Shown: positions 9,644 through 20,255, numbered from the stretch's first letter. The stretch: DNA of 64,000 nt from Candidatus Nezhaarchaeales archaeon (GCA_038887515.1 JAWAKK010000001.1:512001-576000); one strand, 5' to 3'. Notes: generated by a model from the sequence alone, not told the origin. Numbers and translations: made by a program.

Positions 9644-10645
9644 CTAGACCTTGCTGTATGGGCAGACCTTTATACAAGTGGTACATATCGACGAGTTTTC
9701 GCACCAAAATAGGTAACATTTTTCAACGTCTACATACCATTTGAGCGCTCCAGGATTATTGGATTTACATTTGATCTCGTAGCTGGGCTCGTCATCCATC
9801 GATATCGCATCGGCTTCGCATTCCCTAGCACACTTCTTACACTTCTTGCAGAATTCTCTTACACCGAATTCTATAGGCCTATCGGACTCTAGAGGCATGT
9901 CAGTAAATACCTTGCATAGCTGAACCCTCGGACCGTACTCAGGTGTTACCAGTAAGCCGTTCCTACCTAGTTCTCCAAGACCTGCGTCTATTGCTAGAGG
10001 TATGTTTAAAGCTATGTCGTTTATTGACGGTATTGCCTTGAAGCCTAAGTTTTGAATAAACTTACTTAGGGTCGCGACGAGACAAGTCATCTTAGAGAAG
10101 CCTATACCAGTCGCGGCGGCCGATAATGCTGAAGGTGAAAGCTTAACTAGTTCAGGGATCATCTCGACAGCCATAACAACGACGTATTCATAATCGCCTG
10201 GAAGCTCAACGTCAGCGTAGAGCCAGTCTCTATTAAGCTTGCATACGCCTACAAGCGATGCTCCAAATATCTTAGCGGCCTTTTTAACGTAGGACGTAAG
10301 TGCTCTACTATCTTTCATTTCCTTGATTACGCGATCCTTTACTTCGTCCCACAGGACCCTTGTGGCTTCGGGCGACGGTTCATAATTTATCTCTCGCCCT
10401 CCTTTAAGGGCTTTAAAGAGGTACATTGAGGCGTCGAAAAGTGAAAAATCCAACGCTCCATAACCCGACCTTCCTTGAGCCATAACGTCAAGCATCCTTT
10501 CATTATATTTCCTCCCATAACCTTGCCACGAAGTATCCCATGCGACCCTCCTTGAAACCGTGTTCTTGCTATCAAAGCGACGCAGCTTGTTTTTATCGAC
10601 TACGTATGGCGGTTTATCGACGTCCCTAACTAGGGTAGGAACCAT
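9644..10645 (-). CDS. reductive dehalogenase-like cobalamin/2x[4Fe-4S] protein, no Tat signal
   Basis: VKKAAKIFGASLVG, PLAIDAGLGELGRNGLLVTPEYGPRV, VFTDMPL, CKKCKKCAREC and C-x10-CTTCIKVCP. Confidence 0.8.
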   Translation of the reverse strand: MVPTLVRDVDKPPYVVDKNKLRRFDSKNTVSRRVAWDTSWQGYGRKYNERMLDVMAQGRSGYGALDFSLFDASMYLFKALKGGREINYEPSPEATRVLWDEVKDRVIKEMKDSRALTSYVKKAAKIFGASLVGVCKLNRDWLYADVELPGDYEYVVVMAVEMIPELVKLSPSALSAAATGIGFSKMTCLVATLSKFIQNLGFKAIPSINDIALNIPLAIDAGLGELGRNGLLVTPEYGPRVQLCKVFTDMPLESDRPIEFGVREFCKKCKKCARECEADAISMDDEPSYEIKCKSNNPGALKWYVDVEKCYLFWCENSSICTTCIKVCPYSKV

Positions 10646-10684
10646 GGCATAGACTTTATAGATCCTCCCTTATTTAAGGAGTAG

Positions 10685-11992
10685 GTGCACATTCTATATT
10701 GCGCGAAAGCGTTAAACTGCACAAGGATATATGCTGTAAAGGCGACGTATTTGAGAGAAGCCCCACTAAGCATTGATGATAAGGATGCTCAAATCAACTT
10801 CAATAAGCGAAGATATCTCTTCATCCTTCTGCTTACGACTAGCTTCCTTTACTTCTCATTTATAGCTAGGTTCGGCTATGGCGTCCTCGTGCCAAGGTTA
10901 ATAGACGATTTAGGGTTTAGTAGAGCTGAGGCAGGCTCGATATTCTCGATTTATATGATCGTGTACTCGATATTCTCCGTCATTACCGGAAGGGTCTTTG
11001 ACAGGCTGGGTATTAGAGTTGTAACTGTTCTAAGCTTTATTTACGGATTCGGCATGGTGCTTGCAAGCTTTTCTACGAGTTTCCTAACATTAGCCGTAGC
11101 GTTTGCGATAGCGGGGCTAGGAGCCTCATCATCTTGGACTCCGATGGTAGCCCTAGTGTCTTCGAACCTTCCGAAGTCTTGGAGGGGTAGGAGCATAGGG
11201 TTGTTAGAGGTTGGAATAAGAATTTCGCATGGTACCGCTGGGCTCTTAATCCCTACAATAGCCCTCACAGTCGGTTGGAGAACTACATGGTGGATCCTTG
11301 CTTTACCCCTCTTCGTTTATGGGCTGGTCTTCTACAAGGTTTCAAGTAAAAATCTGTTACAAAAAAATGCGAATAGGAGCGAGAACCTCGTCAGCTATAG
11401 AGCTCTACTTGCATCAAAGAAATTCTGGCCCATAGGACTCTCTTATTCGTTCATGTCGTTTGCGAGCTACATAATATTGACCTTTCTCGTAGACTTCTTG
11501 GAGCGTGAAGTCAGGATGTCCTACATAGAGGCCTCTACGATGTCCAGCATAATGGGTTTTATCGGCATAGCCGGGGCCCTTATACTCACATGGGCTTCAG
11601 ATAGGGTGGGAAGGATAACGATTTTAGTATCAGGCAACGCCATTGCAGCAGTAAGTGCATTCATGATGTCATCCTTGCCGAGCAATACAAGCCCATCGAG
11701 CTCCACAATAATAATTATAATAATTATTTATGGGATTTTCTTTGGAGCTTTATGGCCTACATACGCTGCGTGCGCCGGAGACGTTTTCCCAAGCTCTGTT
11801 GGAACCGTTCTTGGCCTCTGGACCTTGATGATGGGTTTAAGCGCCCTAGCAGCGCCAATAATTGGTGGCTTTGTGGCTGACGCAACTGGAAGCTACATTA
11901 AGGCTTTACAGTTAAGCGTAATGGCTTACGTTATCGCAATGGCTTTAGTAACCACTTTAACCCTGAAAAGAGATAGAGTTAAGATTCTCTAA
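10685..11992 (+). CDS. MFS transporter
   Basis: about 12 TM helices, motif A (GRVFDRLGIR; WASDRVGR); true start probably further downstream. Confidence 0.9.
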   Translation: MHILYCAKALNCTRIYAVKATYLREAPLSIDDKDAQINFNKRRYLFILLLTTSFLYFSFIARFGYGVLVPRLIDDLGFSRAEAGSIFSIYMIVYSIFSVITGRVFDRLGIRVVTVLSFIYGFGMVLASFSTSFLTLAVAFAIAGLGASSSWTPMVALVSSNLPKSWRGRSIGLLEVGIRISHGTAGLLIPTIALTVGWRTTWWILALPLFVYGLVFYKVSSKNLLQKNANRSENLVSYRALLASKKFWPIGLSYSFMSFASYIILTFLVDFLEREVRMSYIEASTMSSIMGFIGIAGALILTWASDRVGRITILVSGNAIAAVSAFMMSSLPSNTSPSSSTIIIIIIIYGIFFGALWPTYAACAGDVFPSSVGTVLGLWTLMMGLSALAAPIIGGFVADATGSYIKALQLSVMAYVIAMALVTTLTLKRDRVKIL

Positions 11993-12012
11993 AAGGGACG
12001 TGCCCGCCCGCA

Positions 12013-12432
12013 TCACGCAACAGGCTCGTTCATCCTGTATACAAGGCCTTGACATACAGCAACCAAAGAGCCTTTAGAGTTCTTAACTACAATTCTGTAG
12101 AGAGCCGTAGTGTCTCCAAGGCTTTCTTCGAAGGCTTCCGCTATTATTGTTTCACCCGCCTTGACAGGCCTTCGATAGCTTACATTTAAGTTAAGGGCGA
12201 GAGCCTTCTTATTGCGCGAATTGCTTGCCGCTGCAAATGTTACATCAGCTAGCGATGCTATTAAGCCTCCGTGGGCTACTCCGTGAAAGTTCACCATATC
12301 GTCCCTAACAATTAATGAAGCCTTCGCGTAACCTTCTCTAAGCTCAAGAACTTCTATTCCTAGCAAGTTTGCATAAGGGTCTCGCCTGACTTTTTCACGT
12401 ATCTTCTCAAGCAGCTCTTCCCGCTCGCTCAA
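12013..12432 (-). CDS. paaI: PaaI-family hotdog-fold acyl-CoA thioesterase
   Basis: DPYANLLGI, NFHGVAHGGLIASLAD, FAAASNS. Confidence 0.88.
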   Translation of the reverse strand: MSEREELLEKIREKVRRDPYANLLGIEVLELREGYAKASLIVRDDMVNFHGVAHGGLIASLADVTFAAASNSRNKKALALNLNVSYRRPVKAGETIIAEAFEESLGDTTALYRIVVKNSKGSLVAVCQGLVYRMNEPVA

Positions 12433-12825
12433 GATTTAGGCACCAACGTAATTCAACTATGCTCTTATTTACGTAATTTCTACGTTAAAAAGTCAACTGC
12501 GTTAAGCTTGACAACATAACGATGCTCTGTTCGTGGACTTTTACGTGCTGGATATTAAGTCAAAGAAAGCTATGTGAGCGAGCTACTCATCAACCGGTAA
12601 AGAGGTACACTAAGAGACGTTAAAGCTTTAGAGCAATTCCATGAAAACCGTCTGTATCGACTGGAAACCTTGGTGCTAATATTAACTTAGCCAGCAACCT
12701 TAATTCCGAGACGTGGAGCCCAAGTCGCTCGGTTACACGCCCATAAGCTCTGGCAACTTGAGTATCCTCCACTTTTGCTTGAAGCTATTTTAAGTAGTCT
12801 TAGCCCGACACATTTGTCCTTAGAA

Positions 12826-13218
12826 TTAAGTAGTCGTAGAGAGTTTCAAGGCCTTTTCTTCTAATTTCTCTACGTATCTCTTCTTGAAGCCTATGTATAT
12901 TCCTCCTACCTTGCCCCCAACCCAAGCATATGATTCCTCGCCTACGTTGAAGAGACCTTTAAGTACGGGGCTCTTTACAACCAAGTGCCACGACTTACCA
13001 TCAACTACAAACCCTATTTCAGTCCCCAAAATCTTTAAGAACCTACCGGTGTTAGGCCTCAGTAATTCGTTCATCCTTGGATGCTCTATGTCTAAATGAG
13101 TGACGCGCGCAAGAGAGTGACCTTTGAGGTGTATGTACACGTCCACATCATCTAAGGGCTCGCCATTGAGATACACATGAGCCTCTATTTTCAATTTACC
13201 TTCAGCAGGACCCGTCAA
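12826..13218 (-). CDS. conserved archaeal hypothetical protein
   Basis: 130-aa ORF with protein-like motifs (ARVTHLDIE, WVGGK.GGIYIGF); family not assigned. Confidence 0.65.
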   Translation of the reverse strand: MTGPAEGKLKIEAHVYLNGEPLDDVDVYIHLKGHSLARVTHLDIEHPRMNELLRPNTGRFLKILGTEIGFVVDGKSWHLVVKSPVLKGLFNVGEESYAWVGGKVGGIYIGFKKRYVEKLEEKALKLSTTT

Positions 13219-13411
13219 AGCGCTCTACACAACCTAGCAGTCTTGTAGATATGAAGTTTACTTAAAACGTATAATTAATCCTCGAAGCTTAAAGGTAGCT
13301 AAAGGGCTTTAAGCTGTAGAATTATTTTTAAGTACATGAATTCCACGAGCAATTGCATGCGCTTTTATACCTCCTCTTCCATATCATCTTAAGGCCGTTT
13401 AGGAGTTGTAG

Positions 13412-14173
13412 TTGATGAGCAAGAGGATAATAATTCAGCTCCCCATACATCCAATGTTCCTCGCGCTATTCCTTTTACTGGGTCTAATGCCTCTTTTATG
13501 GTTTTACTTAATACCAAGAGCCTTGGCCCAAGCGTTCCAACCTCTAGGTCTTAACCCGCTTTTAGGCTACATAGTCGCCTTATTGATGGTGTTCTTATCC
13601 ATAGTCTTTAGCGCGGTGAACATAGCCATAACCGAAGTTCCTAGGCAAGTTGTTGTGCCTGAAATAGATTACGTATGGTTCTTCGGTCTCCCTTACCCGA
13701 TTCCAAGACTTCGTCTCGTGGTCTCCAAGACTATAGTCGCCGTTAATGTCGGTGGCGCTCTTGTTCCTCTAACGCTATCCACGCTGATGTTAGCTTTATT
13801 TTCCATAAACGTAAAAGCCGTACCAGCAACATTAGCAACAGCATGTACAGTAGCGGTGGTAGCAACAGTATCTCATATAGCATCTAGAGTTATCCCAGGA
13901 GTTGGCATCGTAGTTCCAGCTTTAGTACCGCCCCTCGCCGCCTCCTTACCGACAATCCTCCTTTCCCACATATTAGAAGTGGTAGACCTTGGCCCTGCCA
14001 TAGCTTACATAGGGGCTGTTATCGGAACGCTCATAGGTGCAGATGTTGTAAATCTCGTTAAGCACTTCCATAAACTCCAGTCCCCACTGGTCAGCATTGG
14101 TGGTGCTGGTACATTTGACGGCATATACCTGAGCGGCATAGTGGCTTTGCTACTAACGTTTCTATTTACTTAG
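13412..14173 (+). CDS. DUF1614-family membrane protein
   Basis: AVNVGGALVP, GTLIGAD..NL, SIGGAGTFDGI. Confidence 0.88.
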   Translation: MMSKRIIIQLPIHPMFLALFLLLGLMPLLWFYLIPRALAQAFQPLGLNPLLGYIVALLMVFLSIVFSAVNIAITEVPRQVVVPEIDYVWFFGLPYPIPRLRLVVSKTIVAVNVGGALVPLTLSTLMLALFSINVKAVPATLATACTVAVVATVSHIASRVIPGVGIVVPALVPPLAASLPTILLSHILEVVDLGPAIAYIGAVIGTLIGADVVNLVKHFHKLQSPLVSIGGAGTFDGIYLSGIVALLLTFLFT

Positions 14174-15610
14174 CTCAAGGTACTCCTCTCGTTTTACGTC
14201 AACCTCGCCTTGCATCAGCTTAAAGTTTATGCAACCAGGATCCGGGCCAGTTATGCAGTTAGTGTATGCATAAGCCCTAGCTCTACAGCCACCGCATACA
14301 TACTTGTACTGGCATTTCCCACAAGGCTCCTCGAATGATTCCCTATTCCTCAGCCTTAGGAGTATGGAGGATTTATTCCATAAATCCTCGAATCGCTCGC
14401 TCTTCAGGTTACCGACCTTGATGGGCATGAAAACGCAAGGCACTACATCTCCATTAGGCTCTATAGCCGAGTATATCCTGCCAGCACCGCAACCACCTAT
14501 GAACTCAGCCAATGCTAGAATCCCTGGATCGGCAGCTAGTGAAAAGTGGGTTGGCGCAACTACGCACCCAGAACTCTCCTGTAGTGAGACTCTTGCAAGC
14601 TGAGGAGCTGTCGATACCACCTCAAGCTTCCTACTCCTAGCAAGCTTGTATATAGTCTTGAGGGCCTCCTCCCTCTCTTCGGGTGTTAGATCCCAATCTG
14701 TAATGTCGACGCCCCTACCAGTAGGAATGAAATTAAAGAATATTACCCTATTTACTCCAAGATCCTCGCAGAAGTCTACCATATCCTCTACTTCATGGTG
14801 GTTCATCTTCGTTAGGGTCATGGCAACGCCGGTTGTAAGTCCTTCCTCTATACAGCTCTTTATACCCCTAACAGCCTTCTCCCATGCACCCGGGACCCCT
14901 CTAAAGTTATCGTGTCTCCTCGAATTTACAGAATCCAAGCTTACCTCGACATACTTAACACCCAACTCCTTCAGTTTACCAGCAAGCTCTCTCGTGATCA
15001 TGGTCCCATTAGTCGCTACGGAAACGTACATCCCCCTAGAAGCCGCCTCATGAGCCACAACGGGAAAATCTGGATGAATTAGAGGTTCGCCACCCGAAAA
15101 AGCTATTGCAGCTACGTCCGCTTCGTCGAGTTGATTTACAACCCCCATCTTCTCGCTCAACGTAAGTTCATCAGGTGAAGGCCTATCAGCCCTCTGATAG
15201 CAGTGCTTGCACTTCAAGTTGCACATGTTCGTAAAGTTCCATACTATTAAGAACGGGGCTGGTAACTTTTGGGGGACAGTAATACCATACTTAGCTATAC
15301 CCTTAAGGACGAGGGTCAGCCCCCTCCTTACTGAGGGATCCTTGGCGTAGTTTCTAAATACTTCGAAGTCGACATGCATCATCCTAGTCATGATCGATAT
15401 CAAAGACTTTAATGCCCATCCTTCAACCTTACATAAACTAAGTGGTATGCTAGCTTCGCCGACTACGTAATTTAAGGCATGCTCGAGCTTGCTTCTATGC
15501 CCATGAGGACACGGCGACACCATACGGTTTATGACAAAGCGAGAAAGCCTATTTCCAAGGACAAGCCTGATAGCGCTTATTAAGTTCTTGATGCTCAAAG
15601 CAATCGCCAT
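14162..15610 (-). CDS. radical SAM/SPASM protein with N-terminal extension
   Basis: CNLKCKHC, FSGGEP, SPASM CGAG...C...CGKC...CGGCRARA...DPGC. Confidence 0.9.
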   Translation of the reverse strand: MAIALSIKNLISAIRLVLGNRLSRFVINRMVSPCPHGHRSKLEHALNYVVGEASIPLSLCKVEGWALKSLISIMTRMMHVDFEVFRNYAKDPSVRRGLTLVLKGIAKYGITVPQKLPAPFLIVWNFTNMCNLKCKHCYQRADRPSPDELTLSEKMGVVNQLDEADVAAIAFSGGEPLIHPDFPVVAHEAASRGMYVSVATNGTMITRELAGKLKELGVKYVEVSLDSVNSRRHDNFRGVPGAWEKAVRGIKSCIEEGLTTGVAMTLTKMNHHEVEDMVDFCEDLGVNRVIFFNFIPTGRGVDITDWDLTPEEREEALKTIYKLARSRKLEVVSTAPQLARVSLQESSGCVVAPTHFSLAADPGILALAEFIGGCGAGRIYSAIEPNGDVVPCVFMPIKVGNLKSERFEDLWNKSSILLRLRNRESFEEPCGKCQYKYVCGGCRARAYAYTNCITGPDPGCINFKLMQGEVDVKREEYLELSK

Positions 15611-15722
15611 TAAAAAAGTTCAAGATCAAGCTAAAAATTTTGCTCTATTGTTCGCTCAGCTACGAATTGTCGCCGGAGATAAGTCGACCAACTGAAGTCG
15701 AATAAAATCTATGAAATATTAG

Positions 15723-16757
15723 CTACAGAACTTTAGATATGTCAACAATATCGTTAAGAAGGGCGTAGCCAGTGGCTCTGCCTCCAGCTCCAGGTCCTAT
15801 CACGGTTACTTCACCCAGCGAGTCTGTCTCAATTTTCAAGGCATTGAGGACTCCAGAGACTCCAGCCAACACGTCCGTTACTGGTATACGTGTTGGAGAG
15901 ACCTTTGCCACAACTTTACCGTTTTCTTTCTTTACTTCAGCTAAGAGTTTGATCTTGAAGCCCTCTCTCAGCGAGTCGAATACCTCCCTGCACGATATGC
16001 TTCTTATGTCCTCCCTTTCTACGTCTCTCAACTTTAGGTCGCCATCCATCAATACGTTGGCTAGTATTACGGATTTAATCGCTGCATCCCATCCATCGAC
16101 GTCCAATGTCGGATCGGCTTCCGCATAGCCGAGCTCTTGAGCCCTACGCAGAGCATCTTCGTAGCTCAGCCCTTTCTCCATCTCAGTCAGTATGAAGTTT
16201 GTGGTTCCATTCAATATGCCTACTACTCTATTCACATCAGCAGCCGCTAGGCACGACCACCTTAAGTTAAAGGTTGGTGTACCGCTTAGAACAGTCCCTT
16301 CAAACTTTAACTGAACCCCTTTCAGCTTAGCCAAGGTAGCCAGCTCCTTGTAGGCTAGAGCTATAGGGCCCTTGTTCGTTGTAGCTACGTGCTTCCCCAA
16401 ACTAAGGGCTTCCCTTATGTGGGTTATACCCGGTTCTCCTGTATTAATGTTAGTCCAAGTTACTTCGACTACTACGTTAGAAGGCGTCTCCCTGATAGCC
16501 TCGAGACTCGTAAGGCCTCTCTTAGCCGGTAAGTCGTATTCGTTTAAGGTTCTTCCACCATTAACGAGCTTTAACGCCTTTGAAATGTCTATTCCGTCCT
16601 CATTTACTATGGAGCCCCACTTCAGGTCGCATATGCCTACGGTTTTAACTTCAACGTCAAACTTCGACTTAAGTACTTCTCTCTTCTCTACGAGAAGTTC
16701 GGCAAGACCCCTTCCGACAACTCCAAAGCCCAAAAAAAGTATGTTTAACCTCTTCAT
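15723..16757 (-). CDS. hom: homoserine dehydrogenase
   Basis: GFGVVG, TNKGP, GILNGTTNFIL, GYAEADPT.DV.G.D, GPGAG. Confidence 0.95.
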   Translation of the reverse strand: MKRLNILFLGFGVVGRGLAELLVEKREVLKSKFDVEVKTVGICDLKWGSIVNEDGIDISKALKLVNGGRTLNEYDLPAKRGLTSLEAIRETPSNVVVEVTWTNINTGEPGITHIREALSLGKHVATTNKGPIALAYKELATLAKLKGVQLKFEGTVLSGTPTFNLRWSCLAAADVNRVVGILNGTTNFILTEMEKGLSYEDALRRAQELGYAEADPTLDVDGWDAAIKSVILANVLMDGDLKLRDVEREDIRSISCREVFDSLREGFKIKLLAEVKKENGKVVAKVSPTRIPVTDVLAGVSGVLNALKIETDSLGEVTVIGPGAGGRATGYALLNDIVDISKVL

Positions 16758-16894
16758 ATACTAGACACCTGAAGTTCTAAGTTGCTTACTTCCTAGGTAG
16801 ATTTCTTTCATCTTATTATAAGGTTTCTAGAGGTAGGAATGCTATAGCAACGTTTTTCTCGTTTATTAGCTAAAACCTATGTAGGTGCCATTAG

Positions 16895-17683
16895 TTGGTG
16901 GTTGTAAGTTCCAAGCTCATCTACACTAAAGTAAACGAGAGCCCTAGAGTTGCTAAGTTTTTTAAGCTTCTAGAATGTGACGTTGAAGTACAATCCTTAC
17001 TTAAGATGGCTAACATCATGGCAGTCACGAGGCTCTTTTACAACGACCACGGGTTAACGCACTCAAGAGTGGTATCTGGGTCAGCGTTAGAGGTCCTCGA
17101 CCTCTTGGTTAGGGGAGGTATTCAACCAACCATAGTAAGGGATGGTGAGGGAGATTTGGAGGACTCTAAGGTAGTCGTACTGGGCGGGGCTTACCTTCAT
17201 GACGTAGGTAACGCAGTCCATAGGGAGATGCACCATGTACATGGGACTTACGTGGCCGATAAAGTCTTAAGAAGGCTTCTATCGAAGCTCTACGCTACCG
17301 ATAAGCATAAAGCGATCTCCATAAGGCAGGAAATCCTTCACGCTATATTCTCCCACGATGAAGAAGTCGCCCCACTCACTATTGAAGCGGGGGTAGTCAA
17401 GGTTGCGGATGGAACCGATATGGCAGAAGGCAGGGCTAGGATACCCTATAAGCTTGGCAAGAGCGATATACATGGCTTCTCGGCCCTAGCGATCAAGAGG
17501 GTCGAGATAGATAAAGGCGAAGAGAGGCCTATCAAAATTATCGTGGACATGGAAAACGAGGCAGGAATATTCCAGATAGAGCAAGTGCTCGGTACTAAGA
17601 TTAAGAGTTCAGGTATAGCTCACTTAGTCGAAGTTCACGCATTAAGAAGAGGGGAATCACTAAAAGTTTGGAAGGCCACTTAA
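16895..17683 (+). CDS. HD-domain metal-dependent phosphohydrolase
   Basis: NDHGLTH, YLHDVGN, HD, ADGTDM..GRAR. Confidence 0.88.
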   Translation: MVVVSSKLIYTKVNESPRVAKFFKLLECDVEVQSLLKMANIMAVTRLFYNDHGLTHSRVVSGSALEVLDLLVRGGIQPTIVRDGEGDLEDSKVVVLGGAYLHDVGNAVHREMHHVHGTYVADKVLRRLLSKLYATDKHKAISIRQEILHAIFSHDEEVAPLTIEAGVVKVADGTDMAEGRARIPYKLGKSDIHGFSALAIKRVEIDKGEERPIKIIVDMENEAGIFQIEQVLGTKIKSSGIAHLVEVHALRRGESLKVWKAT

Positions 17684-17713
17684 CATCGCGTGTCAGTATA
17701 GACCCTTAATAGA

Positions 17714-17780
17714 GGGGTCGGATGTCCCGGCCTAAACATCATCCTCTCGGCAAGGGGGACCAGGTTGATCGTCATCCCCC
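17714..17780 (-). ncRNA. C/D box sRNA (2'-O-methylation guide) candidate
   Basis: Minus strand: GGGGG-ATGACGA(C)-18 nt-CCGA(D')-GAGG-ATGATGT(C')-14 nt-CCGA(D)-CCCC; terminal G/C stem; intergenic. Confidence 0.65.
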
Positions 17781-18156
17781 AAGATTCTCTACGTAAACCC
17801 AGCAAGATAACCCTTTCCCTTCAAAATCTAGAAGCCCATATTAGGTTCTGGCTTAAGCGGCCAATGTTAAGCTATACTTGATGTAGTGGATAGCTGAAGC
17901 CGCTACATCGACAACTTGGTTAGTTCAAGTAAAGAAGCTCAAAAGTATACCATCAAATGCTGTTTAAGCCTATGGACTGGGGAATATTCTTCGCCGAGAT
18001 TTCTTACGACCAGTTAAGCGCCTTTAAACTTCATTTTATACTTACTTTATTCACATAGCGACTAATTAAGACTTTCAAGTAGAGACTTCAGGAAATTGAA
18101 AATATTTTTAAGCGGAAACCTAGATGTAGTAGCTATACGTCTCCTTGGAGTGATGA

Positions 18157-18456
18157 ATGATGCCAAAGATTGAAGACATAATAAACGAATTGGAATCTAA
18201 GGGGTTATCGACCTTAGAGGAGCTTAAGGAGGCCTACGCAAAAACGTATGCCCTTAAAACTATTGCTTTAACCGGAAAGACCCATCAAATATCTATGCCG
18301 GACGAAATGTTCTCGATGCTTAAAGACCTAACGAAGAAGCTTAAAAAGCTAGGTGTTAAGGGTAAGATTAACGTCAACGACCTAACGATGTTATTGGTGC
18401 TCATGGGTTATTCTAGGATAAGCAAGATCCTTAAAACAACTGAGGAGAGAGCGTAG
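18157..18456 (+). CDS. small basic hypothetical protein, possible ribbon-helix-helix
   Basis: SD GGAGTGA; THQISMPDEMFSMLKDL resembles an RHH strand-helix. Confidence 0.6.
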   Translation: MMPKIEDIINELESKGLSTLEELKEAYAKTYALKTIALTGKTHQISMPDEMFSMLKDLTKKLKKLGVKGKINVNDLTMLLVLMGYSRISKILKTTEERA

Positions 18457-18458
18457 AA

Positions 18459-19040
18459 TTAAAGGTCTAACATTAAGCTCCTACTGCAGAGTCCATATAC
18501 GATTGCCTTGCTACCACGCATTTCAACTTTAAGCTTCTTCTTAGAAGGCCTTGAAGGCAACTTCCTTATTTCCTCGGCTATTAGTTTTATGGATATTTTT
18601 CTAGAGTATAGGAACCACAACCTCTTAAACCGCCCGAGCTTCTTCCTTGACTTTACGAGTTCGCGAAGGATGCTTACTTCATCCGTACATGCATAGCCCA
18701 TCTCTACTAACTTAAGGACCTCTCGAGAGACGTATGTCTTCCATCCCTTGTACTTTAAGGACTTGTCGTATTTGGATGCATAGGAGTAATATCTGTTGAC
18801 GAAGTCCCATATCTCGTAAAGAGACGCTCCTTGAACGAATTCGTCCGCTACAGCTCTAAAGACCATTTTATTGACGCGCTTTGGCGGTTTGTAAACCTTG
18901 ACGTCTATGCTCAATATGAAGCTATCATGTCCTTCATTTACGTAATTTCTTACTATAGCTCTCAGCTTCTCGAAGACTTCGTTTGGCTTATCGCAGAGCT
19001 TGAGGGTCTCGATGAGGTCGAGCTTGCGTTCGCTATGCAT
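18459..19040 (-). CDS. basic hypothetical protein
   Basis: 193-aa K/R-rich ORF overlapping the stop of the aminotransferase gene. Confidence 0.6.
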   Translation of the reverse strand: MHSERKLDLIETLKLCDKPNEVFEKLRAIVRNYVNEGHDSFILSIDVKVYKPPKRVNKMVFRAVADEFVQGASLYEIWDFVNRYYSYASKYDKSLKYKGWKTYVSREVLKLVEMGYACTDEVSILRELVKSRKKLGRFKRLWFLYSRKISIKLIAEEIRKLPSRPSKKKLKVEMRGSKAIVYGLCSRSLMLDL

Positions 19041-20163
19041 ATATTTTAACCGCCTCTCTAACGGCTTCTGCAGCCCTCTGAACGTCGCCCTCGCTCATTC
19101 CGTGGTGCACCGGTAAAGATAAGAGCTTTCTGGAAAGTTCTTCGGTGACCGGTAAGAGTCCCTCCTTCGTATTAAGGAGTCTCCTATATAGCGGCATTAA
19201 GTGCACTGGCGTCTTGTAGTAGACCATTGCTCCTATACCCTTACGATTTAAGTGCTCCTTAACTTTATCCCTAAGCGTAGCATTCCTAAACTTAACCGTG
19301 TACAGGTACCAATTGTGCTTGTAGCCTTCAGGCTCGAAGGGTAACTCAACTTCGTTTAGGGGCTCAAGTAGCTCGGTCATTATCTTCGCATTCCTTCTCC
19401 TAACTTCAAGGAATTTAGGTAACTTCTTTAATTGTACCCTACCTATTGCTGCCTCTATTTCCGGCATCCTAAAGTTTCCCCCGAGCCTAGTCGAAACAAG
19501 TTCGTCTCCCACCCACTCTTGTCCGTGAGTCCTTATAGACCTTAAGGTCCTAGCAAGTTCAACATCGTTTGTAGTTATCATACCTCCCTCGCCGGTCGTC
19601 ATTACCTTGCTAGGGTAAAAGCTAAAGCAACCTGACGTACCAAATGAGCCTGCACGTTTACCTCTAATCTCGGAACCATGAGCTTGAGCTGCGTCCTCCA
19701 CTACCGGAATCCCGTACTTTTCGGCTATTGAGAGTATGGAGTCCATGTTCGCCATTAAGCCGTAGAGATGGACCGGTATTAGTGCCTTAGTCCTACTGCT
19801 TATCCTTCTTTCCACATCAAGAGGATCCATGGTGTAAGTCTTCGAATCTACGTCAACGAAGACAGGTCTAGCGCCCAGTAAGAGGACTACGTTTGCCGTC
19901 GCTACAAACGTTAATGATGGTAGAATGACTTCGTCGCCTGGTCCTACCCCTAAAGCCATGAGGGAAATGTAGAGGGCCGCCGTACCGGAGTTCACAGCCA
20001 CCGCGTTTTTGGTGCCTATGTAAGATGCGAATTCTTCTTCGAATAGCCTTACGTTATGACCCCCCTCAGGCGAGGAGTGTGTTAAAGCTCCTTGGCTTAG
20101 CAGCTTCGCGACTTCAGCTACCTCCTCTTCGCCTAGGACTGGTTTGTTTATTGGTATATTCAT
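19033..20163 (-). CDS. DegT/DnrJ/EryC1/StrS PLP-dependent aminotransferase
   Basis: NSGTAAL, PVHLYG, EDAAQAHG, SFYPSKVMTTGEGG. Confidence 0.93.
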   Translation of the reverse strand: MNIPINKPVLGEEEVAEVAKLLSQGALTHSSPEGGHNVRLFEEEFASYIGTKNAVAVNSGTAALYISLMALGVGPGDEVILPSLTFVATANVVLLLGARPVFVDVDSKTYTMDPLDVERRISSRTKALIPVHLYGLMANMDSILSIAEKYGIPVVEDAAQAHGSEIRGKRAGSFGTSGCFSFYPSKVMTTGEGGMITTNDVELARTLRSIRTHGQEWVGDELVSTRLGGNFRMPEIEAAIGRVQLKKLPKFLEVRRRNAKIMTELLEPLNEVELPFEPEGYKHNWYLYTVKFRNATLRDKVKEHLNRKGIGAMVYYKTPVHLMPLYRRLLNTKEGLLPVTEELSRKLLSLPVHHGMSEGDVQRAAEAVREAVKIYA

Positions 20164-20255
20164 TTTAGCGCGCCCTCAAAGCTTCCTCTCTCCTACGGCT
20201 CTAAAAACTTAAACCTTAATTGAACTATGCGTGATAATTAGTTGGAGGAAGGACA

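Noticed and set aside
12433-12825. ~390-bp intergenic gap as a possible RNA gene or CRISPR remnant
   Set aside because: No repeats, tRNA fold, C/D boxes or GC-rich stems recognised.
17880-17909. Hairpin GATGTAGTGG-N10-CCGCTACATC as a MITE end or ncRNA
   Set aside because: Single short stem with no second copy, target-site duplication or transposase.
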